Shown here one piece after another: positions 9,196-16,975 of a DNA stretch of 39,047 bases. Position numbers and translations under genes: made by a program. The notes beneath the pieces were generated by a model that saw only the letters and a list, made by a program, of their open reading frames with translations, had not been told where the DNA came from and searched no databases. The DNA comes from a virus (lineage: Duplodnaviria; Caudoviricetes). The stretch's first letter is position 1, and every line of letters starts with the position of its first letter. The stretch lies in IMG/VR virus record IMGVR_UViG_3300020045_005806, positions 1-39,047 of that record; one strand, 5' to 3'.

Positions 9196-9807
9196 ATGTC
9201 ACTTCCAAAACCAGCTTCCCACATTGATTGGACTGATGGGGCACCAGCTAAAGTTCAAGAACCAACATCAGGCAAAAAACTTTTAGGATGGGCATTTAAA
9301 GAACGCCCACCTTTTGAATTCATGAACTGGTTGTTCTTCAGAGTTGATGAATGGGTTAAATATTTTGAATCTGTGACTGATGAACTTTCACTTCAGAAAC
9401 AAGAATATGATGCAATCATTGGTGTTGGTGGAACTCATGCAGACTTTAATGCTTATGAAGCTGATCCATTAGTTGCCCAACTTAAAAACGTTCTTGTAAC
9501 TACACCACTTACTTTAGCAAGTAACCAGGTCATAACCCAATCAGGTGTTAAATTTACGTTCAAACCACAAGCAGTAATCACTAAAGCTGTTGGCTGTACT
9601 ATTGGACTTCAGTTCACTGGCGCAAGGGTTACAGTTGTTGGTGCAAGATTTGTTGGGTTCAACGTTGTTGGTGATAAAGCAATCCAGCTTACAGCACCAT
9701 CAAAAAATTGCAGGGTGTGTGAATCTTCTTTCATTGATTGTTTGACTGAAATTGATGATTTGGGTTCTAATAATGTCTTATCAAGTAACATCAGCGAGGT
9801 TCCATAA
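9196..9807 (+). CDS. Short baseplate-proximal tail fibre protein
   Basis: N-terminal KKLLGW...PPFEFMNWLF baseplate-attachment motif, then a short beta-helix-like region. Confidence 0.7.
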   Translation: MSLPKPASHIDWTDGAPAKVQEPTSGKKLLGWAFKERPPFEFMNWLFFRVDEWVKYFESVTDELSLQKQEYDAIIGVGGTHADFNAYEADPLVAQLKNVLVTTPLTLASNQVITQSGVKFTFKPQAVITKAVGCTIGLQFTGARVTVVGARFVGFNVVGDKAIQLTAPSKNCRVCESSFIDCLTEIDDLGSNNVLSSNISEVP

Positions 9808-9808
9808 T

Positions 9809-12136
9809 ATGAAAAATTTACTTCTACTTCTTTTCTTTATTTGTGCAGCAGTAAATGCACAAGAGGTTGTCCAGCAGGACGTTCTCAAATTAGGTAAAGC
9901 AGCTTCATCTGCTGATAAATCTGTCACATTTGATACTGCTGATGGAGTTTCAAACCCTAAACTGTCAGTTGAAAAAGTTTCAAAGAAACTTAAATATGAT
10001 CAAAGCACTTTTCAGCTTGGTGGATCATCAACAACTGACACAAAAGACTTCATCTTTAATGGTGACAATAAAAAAATTCGCTACGATGGAACAGCAAATG
10101 AACTCCAATATGATGGTGACTTGCTTTCTGTAGGTGATGGAACAAATACCAATAAGGTTCTGAAGTTCAATAAAGGTGCTTCATCACCATCTGTTCGCTA
10201 CAATTCTGCAACAGCTAAACTTGAATTTTCAAATGACAACACTACTTTTAAAGCAATTGGATCAGGTTCAGGCAGTTCTGGTGGGATTAATATTCTGGCC
10301 AATGCAGATTTTGAAGATGGTGTAACAACAGGCTGGACAAATTCAGGTGGAACTTTCACATCTCAAAACTACACAACACCAACTGAAAGCAACATTAAGT
10401 TTGCTCGTTTTGTCGCATCAGGCGCAGGTCAGTACATTGAATCAACTCTTACTGCCGTTCCTTCATTTTTGGGTGCTGGATGTCAGGCACAATTTGAAAA
10501 ATATGCAACAGTAACAGATGGTGCTTGGAAAATTGTTGTGCTTGATTCAAGTGCAAACGTGCTTGCAACTCAAAACTTTAACCAGTCTGGTGGAGCTTCA
10601 ACGTTCATCAGCACACCACTTCTTTCTTTTCCATGTCCAGTATCTCCTGCAACTTTTAAAGTTCGTCTTGAATCTCTTGCTGCTGCAACAATTGATTTTG
10701 ATTTGGCTTATGGTGGAGGGAATAAAAATGTTGTTGATACTGCTCAAGCAAAATATTACGGTTCAGTAGAATTTGATACAAACTGTTCGTGGACAACAAA
10801 CAGCGCAACATTTGCACAATTTGCAGCAGACGCATCTTGTACAATTGTAACAACAGGAAGTGTTTTAGCTCCTGCTACAAACATTCCAGGATTCAGACTT
10901 CCAGTTGGAGCACCTGCTGGTAAGTATTTCATTCAAGCAAATTACAACCATTACAATGATTCAGTTTCAGGAACACCAAGGACGTGGGTTCAGGGCTTTT
11001 ATGATGGTGTAGGTGTTACGGCTGAAGACATGGGATTTAACCAGACTGCTGCAACTGATATTGCTTACATTGCAAATTTGAATTATGGGCTACAACTTAC
11101 TTCTTCTCTTACTTCTGAAAAACTTTTTGATTTAAGAGGAAAAGCATCAACGTCAAATTCAAATATTAACAATGATGCAACTTCTAAATCTCGCTTTGAT
11201 ATTTTCTACTATCCTTCAGATTCTCAAACTGCTGTTACGTCTGAACAGTCAGGATGGTTCATTGATGCAAACATTGGTGGAGCAGCTATTAGCTCTGTAA
11301 TCACTTCATCATATATCCCATTATCTGATGCTGGATTAGATTTAGTTTTAAATAATGGTTCTGCTGCTGCAAAAATTCCTTGTACAGGAACAAATGCACC
11401 TCAAGGGTTAACTTGTAATACAGGGCCAGTAAATGAAAACGTGGGTGTAGTATTTTCTCCACCCTATGCTGGATTTTATATGGCCTGTGCCAGTTACAGC
11501 CAAAGAACAATTAACAGTGCAATTTTTGCCACTCAATTAGTAGAAACTGCTCCTAACTCTGAAACTATTATTCAAGAGGGGAAAAGCCGTTTAGCCACTT
11601 CAAACGGAACAGCTTCATCAGTACACGATACATTACAAAATTGTGGAACATTTTATTTCTCAAGCACAAGTGAAAGAGCTATTCGCTTAATGTATGAAGG
11701 TGATACAGCACTTGGGCCAGCAGTTCTTGCTGATAGGCTTTCAACAGGTGGTCAAAGAGACATTCATATAATAGTTTTCCCTTTGACTCAAAATACTAAC
11801 AGACCTGTTTTAACTGGTGAACAGGTAATATCACCTGGTGCTACTAAGCCTAAAATTTGCTCATGGGACTTTTCATCAGGAGGAGCAATTTCAAATGCTT
11901 TAGGATGTACTCCAACAATGCCTTCATACAGTGGTGGAACAGGAACATTTGCTTTTTCTGGAATTTGGTCAGTAAAACCAAACTGTACTTGTACAACCAG
12001 AGATAACAATGGTTCATGTTCTGAAAGTTCTGTGTCTGAACCTTCCACAACTAACTATGAAGTCATTACAAGAAACGTTGCCAATGCAACAACCAACACT
12101 GGTGGATTTGTAATCTGCCACGGTCAAGGTAATTAA
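9809..12136 (+). CDS. Tail fibre / adhesin-like protein with N-terminal signal peptide (775 aa)
   Basis: GAGGT RBS at 9796-9800, ATG 9809; MKNLLLLLFFICAAVNA|Q; three beta-repeat units, GSGSGSSGG linker, CBM-like NILANADFEDG..GW, further beta-sandwich domains, 14 Cys in mature part. Confidence 0.7.
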   Translation: MKNLLLLLFFICAAVNAQEVVQQDVLKLGKAASSADKSVTFDTADGVSNPKLSVEKVSKKLKYDQSTFQLGGSSTTDTKDFIFNGDNKKIRYDGTANELQYDGDLLSVGDGTNTNKVLKFNKGASSPSVRYNSATAKLEFSNDNTTFKAIGSGSGSSGGINILANADFEDGVTTGWTNSGGTFTSQNYTTPTESNIKFARFVASGAGQYIESTLTAVPSFLGAGCQAQFEKYATVTDGAWKIVVLDSSANVLATQNFNQSGGASTFISTPLLSFPCPVSPATFKVRLESLAAATIDFDLAYGGGNKNVVDTAQAKYYGSVEFDTNCSWTTNSATFAQFAADASCTIVTTGSVLAPATNIPGFRLPVGAPAGKYFIQANYNHYNDSVSGTPRTWVQGFYDGVGVTAEDMGFNQTAATDIAYIANLNYGLQLTSSLTSEKLFDLRGKASTSNSNINNDATSKSRFDIFYYPSDSQTAVTSEQSGWFIDANIGGAAISSVITSSYIPLSDAGLDLVLNNGSAAAKIPCTGTNAPQGLTCNTGPVNENVGVVFSPPYAGFYMACASYSQRTINSAIFATQLVETAPNSETIIQEGKSRLATSNGTASSVHDTLQNCGTFYFSSTSERAIRLMYEGDTALGPAVLADRLSTGGQRDIHIIVFPLTQNTNRPVLTGEQVISPGATKPKICSWDFSSGGAISNALGCTPTMPSYSGGTGTFAFSGIWSVKPNCTCTTRDNNGSCSESSVSEPSTTNYEVITRNVANATTNTGGFVICHGQGN

Positions 12137-12146
12137 TAGGAGATTT

Positions 12147-12815
12147 ATGAAATATTTATTTTTAATTTTAATCACAACTCAAACCATGGCATCCAACTGG
12201 ATGCCTATTTCTAAGATTCAAGCTCTTTCATCTGAAGCACACCAACTTGAAGAGTCATGTGCCAAATCTGGTGAACAGTGCCTTGATGTTGGTGATGAAC
12301 CACAAATTGTGAAGCTTGGTTTTGTAAGTCTTGAAGACAACTTCACAAAAACAGAAGTTGAAGTTTGTCTTGATGAAGTTGATTGCCAAGCAAAACATGA
12401 AGCAAAAGTTTGTCTTGATGGTGTTTCAATTAAGAACCTTGACCTGCTTGAAGTGTACTGCTCAAGATTTTCACACAAATCATTGGTGAAAAATCTTACA
12501 GCTTTTAATGCTTACAAAGCTACTCAAGCACAAGCTCAAGCTTTAAGCGCAGGACTTGCTCAAGCAACAGCAGCAATGGATTGTGGTAAGAGGGTTCAGG
12601 CACTCCTGCTCGTTAGGAATTCGCCTAAAGGACTTACCAAACCTCAAGTTAAAGCACTGGTGTTAGCTTATAAAGACATCAAGAATCTTTTAGATACTGG
12701 ATCACTTGCATCAGCTAAAGAAGAAATTGAAGCAATAACTGCTGATGGGGTTATCATTACATCTGGTGATAAAGCTGCTCTTATAGCTCAAATCAATTCT
12801 TGCTTAGGACTGTAA
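12147..12815 (+). CDS. Cys-rich protein with signal peptide at the fibre-chaperone position
   Basis: AGGAG RBS; MKYLFLILITTQTMA|S; 8 Cys; helical C-terminal half. Confidence 0.55.
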   Translation: MKYLFLILITTQTMASNWMPISKIQALSSEAHQLEESCAKSGEQCLDVGDEPQIVKLGFVSLEDNFTKTEVEVCLDEVDCQAKHEAKVCLDGVSIKNLDLLEVYCSRFSHKSLVKNLTAFNAYKATQAQAQALSAGLAQATAAMDCGKRVQALLLVRNSPKGLTKPQVKALVLAYKDIKNLLDTGSLASAKEEIEAITADGVIITSGDKAALIAQINSCLGL

Positions 12816-13018
12816 TGAAAAATGGAAGTGACAGGCAACTGCTTGAGTACGTGGCAACAGAAATAAGAATTGTGAGAGATAAGCAAGAGCTTCATTCTGT
12901 TGCCATTGCTGAAGTGAAAAAAGATGTTCTCCATTTGAGGGGAAAAGTTGCAGCGGTATCATCTTTGATTGGTGCTGTTGTGGGTTACTTTGGTAGTTTT
13001 TTATCAGGACACAAATGA
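12815..13018 (+). CDS. Small coiled-coil protein with C-terminal TM helix (holin/antiholin-like)
   Basis: Coiled-coil followed by VAAVSSLIGAVVGYFGSFL; first gene of lysis region. Confidence 0.5.
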   Translation: MKNGSDRQLLEYVATEIRIVRDKQELHSVAIAEVKKDVLHLRGKVAAVSSLIGAVVGYFGSFLSGHK

Positions 13019-13617
13019 AATTTTTAATCTTACTCACCCTAATTGCTTGTGCATCTCAACCATCTAAGACACCTGCTAAAGATGCTGTAAAGATTCTTGC
13101 ACCTGTTGAATTCGCTCCATCGGTTATGGAGTTTGGTGTTGCTATTAAGGACACGAACTATTCAGACCTTCAGAAATCAAAGCTCACTGAAGCGGTAAAA
13201 CGCCTTGAAGACATCTTTAATTCAAAGGAATACAAAGCAGAACTCTTAAAACGTAAGCTTACCAGCACAAATGGTAAGACCAATTTAGAGGTGTTCAACC
13301 ACATCATGGGTGGAAAAGAAGACCTTTCAAAGATTGCCAATCAGCAGATGGATTTAACTGTTGAAATGTATTACAAAAGGTTTTCAAAGGTCATTGGTTA
13401 CACAACACCATCATCTTTAATTGTTTACACCAATAAAAAATTCCATGACAATTATGGTGCTTGTGATGTGGCCAGTAACTTAGGTCACGAGTGGACACAC
13501 AAGATGGGTTATGGACATTTGAGCGCATCAGACTGGACTAGTGTGCCTTATCAGCACTCAACATTAATAAGAATTCTTTGCCCATTATCGGTGCAAGGAA
13601 AATTAAACAGGAGATAA
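13015..13617 (+). CDS. Lipoprotein zinc metallopeptidase (metzincin-type)
   Basis: Lipobox LIAC after MKFLILLT; HEWTHKMGYGH fits HExxHxxGxxH. Confidence 0.75.
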   Translation: MKFLILLTLIACASQPSKTPAKDAVKILAPVEFAPSVMEFGVAIKDTNYSDLQKSKLTEAVKRLEDIFNSKEYKAELLKRKLTSTNGKTNLEVFNHIMGGKEDLSKIANQQMDLTVEMYYKRFSKVIGYTTPSSLIVYTNKKFHDNYGACDVASNLGHEWTHKMGYGHLSASDWTSVPYQHSTLIRILCPLSVQGKLNRR

Positions 13618-13619
13618 TT

Positions 13620-13856
13620 ATGGAAAAGGCTTATGATCTTAAAGAACTCGCTAAAAAAATGCAGTCTAAAGGGCTTGATGTAGCTGAAGAAGCTGCTGGT
13701 GAAGCGTATGAAGCTGTTAAAGAATGGTTCAAAGAGAGTGCAGAACTTTCTCAGAACCCATTTGATAACATGGTAATCCCTTTTCTTTCACAGGTTGACG
13801 CTGTTGTTAAGCCTCTGATTGATAAGATTGATGGTGAAGTTGACGCTCAATCATAA
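13620..13856 (+). CDS. Hypothetical protein, lysis region
   Basis: GGAG RBS before ATG 13620; amphipathic helical 78 aa. Confidence 0.6.
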   Translation: MEKAYDLKELAKKMQSKGLDVAEEAAGEAYEAVKEWFKESAELSQNPFDNMVIPFLSQVDAVVKPLIDKIDGEVDAQS

Positions 13857-13878
13857 TTTTTAAACATTGGAGTAAAGC

Positions 13879-14067
13879 ATGGGTGCTGGAATTTTAAAAT
13901 TTTTAGCTGCTGAAATAGTGGTTCCACTTTTGAAAGATTTAGCTTTCATGCTTTACAACATGTTTAAGGTTAGACAAATCAGAAAAGCTCGTGAAGCTGA
14001 AGCTCAAGCTAAAGTTGAAGAGTACAAGAAAGATCCATCTGATGAAAACTTTGGACAACTACCATAA
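13879..14067 (+). CDS. Membrane-anchored coiled-coil protein (i-spanin-like)
   Basis: Hydrophobic N-terminus, charged helical C-terminus, upstream of a lipoprotein. Confidence 0.45.
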   Translation: MGAGILKFLAAEIVVPLLKDLAFMLYNMFKVRQIRKAREAEAQAKVEEYKKDPSDENFGQLP

Positions 14068-14192
14068 AACAATTTCTAAAAGATGCAGCTTTGAAAGTTA
14101 TTTTGTTTGTAATCATACCTCTGTCATTGGGCTATGCTTGCATCATGTTCCTGGTTAAAACTGCAAAAGATTCAGGGAAGTTTGGAAAATGA
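14064..14192 (+). CDS. Small single-TM membrane protein (42 aa, possible ATA start), not in ORF track
   Basis: IKQFLKDAALKVILFVIIPLSLGYACIMFLVKTAKDSGKFGK*; fills the gap exactly with 4-nt overlaps at both ends. Confidence 0.55.
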   Translation: MKQFLKDAALKVILFVIIPLSLGYACIMFLVKTAKDSGKFGK

Positions 14193-14515
14193 AAACTCTA
14201 CTCTTATTGGTGTTCTTAGTTGGATGCCAAACCCCCCGAGTCTTTACAGGTGAACGTTGCCAAACCTTTTTCAAGTTTGATGCTGCAAAACAAATAATTA
14301 TTGAAGAGTCAGTTTGCAGATGTACCAAGTATAAAATCTCTATGGAGTTTATTGGTAATGTCTCTCAAGATGTTACAAGAAATCCAATTGAATATTGTCA
14401 CGAGAAAATGGGTTATTCAGTTATTGAGAACAATAACCTGGTAAACTTTTACAAGAACGTAAGAGATGACATCAAAGGTTCTCAGAAAATCAATGATGAA
14501 AAAACCGATTACTAA
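14189..14515 (+). CDS. Cys-rich lipoprotein (o-spanin-like)
   Basis: MKTLLLLVFLVG|C lipobox; four further Cys; lysis region. Confidence 0.55.
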   Translation: MKTLLLLVFLVGCQTPRVFTGERCQTFFKFDAAKQIIIEESVCRCTKYKISMEFIGNVSQDVTRNPIEYCHEKMGYSVIENNNLVNFYKNVRDDIKGSQKINDEKTDY

Positions 14516-14666
14516 TTACGGCAAACTGCTGGCAGAAATTCAGTATTATGAATCAATTGGTAATGAAATCATGGTTGATAGGTTGAGTGAGCTACTTGAT
14601 AAAGCAAGGGAAAAAGACCGTGAGAAAAGTAAATCTGAAAAGCGTGAACCTGATCAAGAGCTTTGA
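14493..14666 (+). CDS. Hypothetical protein
   Basis: Bridges lipoprotein and lysozyme genes with overlaps. Confidence 0.45.
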   Translation: MMKKPITNYGKLLAEIQYYESIGNEIMVDRLSELLDKAREKDREKSKSEKREPDQEL

Positions 14667-15102
14667 AGCTCTATCCCTCACACCATATAAAGACCTTGTT
14701 GGCGTTTGGACAATCGGGTGGGGTACAACGTACTACCCGAACGGCAAAAGAGTCACTAAGGCTGATCCAGCTATCTCAAAAGATGAAGCTGATTACTTCC
14801 TTATGCACGAGATAACCGAGAAAAGCCAAATGGTTGATCAGTTTGCTACAAAAATTGGTTTGCAGCTTAATGATAACGAGTTTGGTGCAATTGTGTCATT
14901 TGTTTATAACGTGGGAATTGGTGCAGTTATCGAGGGTGGAAGGTCACTCAACCAGGCAATGCGCTCTAAAAATAAAAAATCAATTGCAGACATCATGTTG
15001 ATCTATAACAAAGGCACGTTCTTAGGTGTTAAGAAAGTAATTAAAGGTTTGGAACGTAGAAGAATTGCAGAAAGACAGTTGTTTCTTACACCAGTATTAT
15101 GA
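14587..15102 (+). CDS. Endolysin, GH24 lysozyme (start may be GTG 14619-region)
   Basis: IKSFE...YKD..GVWTIGWGT catalytic E-D-T pattern; SFVYNVG; GLERRRIAERQLF. Confidence 0.93.
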   Translation: MSYLIKQGKKTVRKVNLKSVNLIKSFEALSLTPYKDLVGVWTIGWGTTYYPNGKRVTKADPAISKDEADYFLMHEITEKSQMVDQFATKIGLQLNDNEFGAIVSFVYNVGIGAVIEGGRSLNQAMRSKNKKSIADIMLIYNKGTFLGVKKVIKGLERRRIAERQLFLTPVL

Positions 15103-15106
15103 CAGT

Positions 15107-15165
15107 TGAGAGGCTTTTCATGGATGAAAAGAGGATGAACTTTCGGAGAGTTTATCCACCTCTCA
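15107..15165 (+). other. Three-way-junction RNA element with GGA loops after the endolysin stop
   Basis: Stems TGAGAGG/CCTCTCA, CTTTTCA/TGAAAAG, GGATGAACT/AGTTTATCC. Confidence 0.65.
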
Positions 15166-15174
15166 CAAATAAAT

Positions 15175-15203
15175 TTGACATTCAAAATCTTCATTGATTA
15201 ACT
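15175..15203 (+). promoter_or_regulatory. Sigma70-type promoter
   Basis: TTGACA(15175-15180), 17-nt spacer, TTAACT(15198-15203) with upstream TG; same hexamers as the E. coli trp promoter. Confidence 0.7.
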
Positions 15204-15208
15204 AAATA

Positions 15209-15376
15209 TGATTTTACGTGGAATACCATCTAGGTAAACTTAGAAATAAGAACTGAAATGGAAGTATGACTAAACTGTATGGAGTAAACACGTAGACCAT
15301 ACACACCGAGATGATGGTGTTCAATCAGGGCTTGCATACCTCAATTGGATCATCTTAGTATGCTACTTTTCTTTTT
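15209..15376 (+). ncRNA. Candidate structured ncRNA with two pseudoknots, family unassigned
   Basis: Promoter upstream, U-tract at 15367-15376, no credible ORF, four 6-8 bp helices in crossing arrangement, G-U pairs favour plus strand. Confidence 0.55.
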
Positions 15377-15530
15377 CATCTCTCAAGCAAAAAATCCCAT
15401 CATAAACGTATTTTGAATAACAAGTTACTTTTTGTTTTTCATCTCTCATGATGACTAAATCACCACCATGTTCTTTTGTTCCATCCTGATTACATCCAAC
15501 AATAAATAATAATAAAAGTAAAAGTTTCAT
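15363..15530 (-). CDS. Small lipoprotein (55 aa), not in ORF track
   Basis: MKLLLLLLFIVG|CNQDG...VTCY...GIFCLRDEKEK*; ATGA overlap with upstream gene. Confidence 0.75.
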   Translation of the reverse strand: MKLLLLLLFIVGCNQDGTKEHGGDLVIMRDEKQKVTCYSKYVYDGIFCLRDEKEK

Positions 15531-15760
15531 TTTATTCCTTTTGAATATTCATCACAAATCTCACAACCTCTATGGTTACGAGTGTTTTTGTTAGGGCATG
15601 GATTTTTGGCCCAATTTGTTTTTGAATTTTTAAATCTGACATAAGATAAAGCCCATGCAGCACCAGCTTCAAAACCACTTGTATAAAGTGAACCCCCATC
15701 TATGTCTTGACGTTTCATTGAAGCTTCAGCAGCAAGTTTAACTCTATCTTGCATCTTCAT
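15527..15760 (-). CDS. Hypothetical early protein, possible Zn-binding C-terminus
   Basis: SGFEAGAAWAL motif; CP...H.GCEIC. Confidence 0.6.
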   Translation of the reverse strand: MKMQDRVKLAAEASMKRQDIDGGSLYTSGFEAGAAWALSYVRFKNSKTNWAKNPCPNKNTRNHRGCEICDEYSKGIK

Positions 15761-15945
15761 TATTTCATTCCTTTGAAGTCTTTTAGTGCCTCTCTTACTG
15801 CTGGAATTTCTGCCATGATGCTTTCTTTCATGTCATTAGGAAGCTTGAAGAAATCAAACTTACTACCATCAGCAAGTGAAATGATTAGTTCTTTCTTTAA
15901 ATGCTTTTTCTTCTTTTTACTTTTTTGAGACATTGATTTTTTCAT
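15760..15945 (-). CDS. Hypothetical basic early protein
   Basis: Coupled ORF in the early operon. Confidence 0.55.
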   Translation of the reverse strand: MKKSMSQKSKKKKKHLKKELIISLADGSKFDFFKLPNDMKESIMAEIPAVREALKDFKGMK

Positions 15946-16150
15946 TCTGTAATTCCTTTATTTGTTGCTCTAAAATATTTACTTCAACTTGTTTGCTTGT
16001 GTAGTGACATTCCCACTCTTTACCATGAAGCATAAATGGTTCTGAATCTTTAACCTGGTATTGTAATTCATGAAGATCAGAACATCTAACAACACCAAAT
16101 GCTAAAACTATAAAAGCAATAAAGCCTAAAACTTCCATAAGTTGTTTCAT
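15917..16150 (-). CDS. Hypothetical membrane-anchored protein
   Basis: N-terminal hydrophobic helix. Confidence 0.6.
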   Translation of the reverse strand: MKQLMEVLGFIAFIVLAFGVVRCSDLHELQYQVKDSEPFMLHGKEWECHYTSKQVEVNILEQQIKELQNEKINVSKK

Positions 16151-16245
16151 TCTTCCTCTCCATAGCAGCTTCCATTCATTCCTAAGAACCTATCAACTGC
16201 AAACATTATCAGTATGTAAACGACAAATAAAATTATAAGCTTCAT
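16147..16245 (-). CDS. Small membrane peptide (32 aa), not in ORF track
   Basis: MKLIILFVVYILIMFAVDRFLGMNGSCYGEEE*; ATGA overlaps at both ends. Confidence 0.6.
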   Translation of the reverse strand: MKLIILFVVYILIMFAVDRFLGMNGSCYGEEE

Positions 16246-16454
16246 ACTCCCTCACTCGGTGGATAAGGCTTGAAAGGAGATGGAACATTTATCCAGGTAA
16301 CACCTTCAAGGTCTGGTGGAAAATCATTACCCATGATAGAAGTTTTGAAATTCTTATCTTTGTGTTTTCTTAAAAGCAAACCACACTCCTGACAGTTAGT
16401 TTCATTCAAAGGCAATTCAGCAAAACATTCATGACAAATGATTTTAGTTTTCAT
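16242..16454 (-). CDS. Zinc-ribbon protein
   Basis: CHEC...CQECG. Confidence 0.65.
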   Translation of the reverse strand: MKTKIICHECFAELPLNETNCQECGLLLRKHKDKNFKTSIMGNDFPPDLEGVTWINVPSPFKPYPPSEGV

Positions 16455-16638
16455 CTAAAGCCTTCAGTACGTCTTCAAGCGCAGTAACATACCCATCCCA
16501 AAACACAAAATCTTCTTTAGCATAAATGATTGCTTTATCTCTCATGTAGTAATCTTCCTCTCTTATATTTGCCAGATTTTCTTTTGCTTGATCATATTTG
16601 GCTTTAGCTTCAACCAATTTATCTTGAATGATTTTCAT
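16444..16638 (-). CDS. Hypothetical early protein
   Basis: Helical; WDGYVTALEDV; coupled ORF. Confidence 0.6.
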   Translation of the reverse strand: MKIIQDKLVEAKAKYDQAKENLANIREEDYYMRDKAIIYAKEDFVFWDGYVTALEDVLKALDEN

Positions 16639-16787
16639 TTTAAGTTGTCCTTACTTATCATGTAATCAACAGCGTGTTGGAGAGTTCCATGCTTCTTAAT
16701 CAGCTTTTCTTTTATCTTTGGTGTAAGTCTGATTGAACAAACAATCTTTGATTCTTTTTGCTTCTTAACTGGTAATTCATTTTTCAT
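16635..16787 (-). CDS. Ribbon-helix-helix-like DNA-binding protein (50 aa), not in ORF track
   Basis: SKIVCSIRLTPKIKEKLIKKHGTLQHAVDYMI beta-helix-helix pattern; fills the gap. Confidence 0.55.
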   Translation of the reverse strand: MKNELPVKKQKESKIVCSIRLTPKIKEKLIKKHGTLQHAVDYMISKDNLK

Positions 16788-16974
16788 TTAAAACCTCTTC
16801 AAGTTGCTCAAGAAATAATTTCAAACAATTCAGTTTAGTTGCCAATCCCACAATGTATGGATTGCTAGGTGTTCTGAAATGTTTTACAGCTTCTTTTTGT
16901 TCATCATATTCAATTTGAGTTTCATTGATTTGATTTTTATAATGATCAATTAATATTTCAATTTTGGTTTTCAT
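16777..16974 (-). CDS. Hypothetical coiled-coil early protein
   Basis: Coupled ORF; N-terminus resembles neighbour (MKTKIEILI vs MKTQIENLI). Confidence 0.6.
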   Translation of the reverse strand: MKTKIEILIDHYKNQINETQIEYDEQKEAVKHFRTPSNPYIVGLATKLNCLKLFLEQLEEVLNEK

Positions 16975-16975
16975 T

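Noticed and set aside
9752-9808. Listed upstream start of the 794-aa ORF
   Set aside because: Overlaps the previous gene; ATG 9809 has an RBS and exposes the signal peptide
9809-12136. Diversity-generating retroelement target
   Set aside because: No reverse transcriptase and no template/variable repeat pair seen
15209-15376. Assignment of the ncRNA as tmRNA, raiA motif, hammerhead, twister or pistol
   Set aside because: Only short resemblances (TAAACACGTAG, CTTAGAAATAAG); no tRNA-like ends or catalytic cores in the right order that I can see
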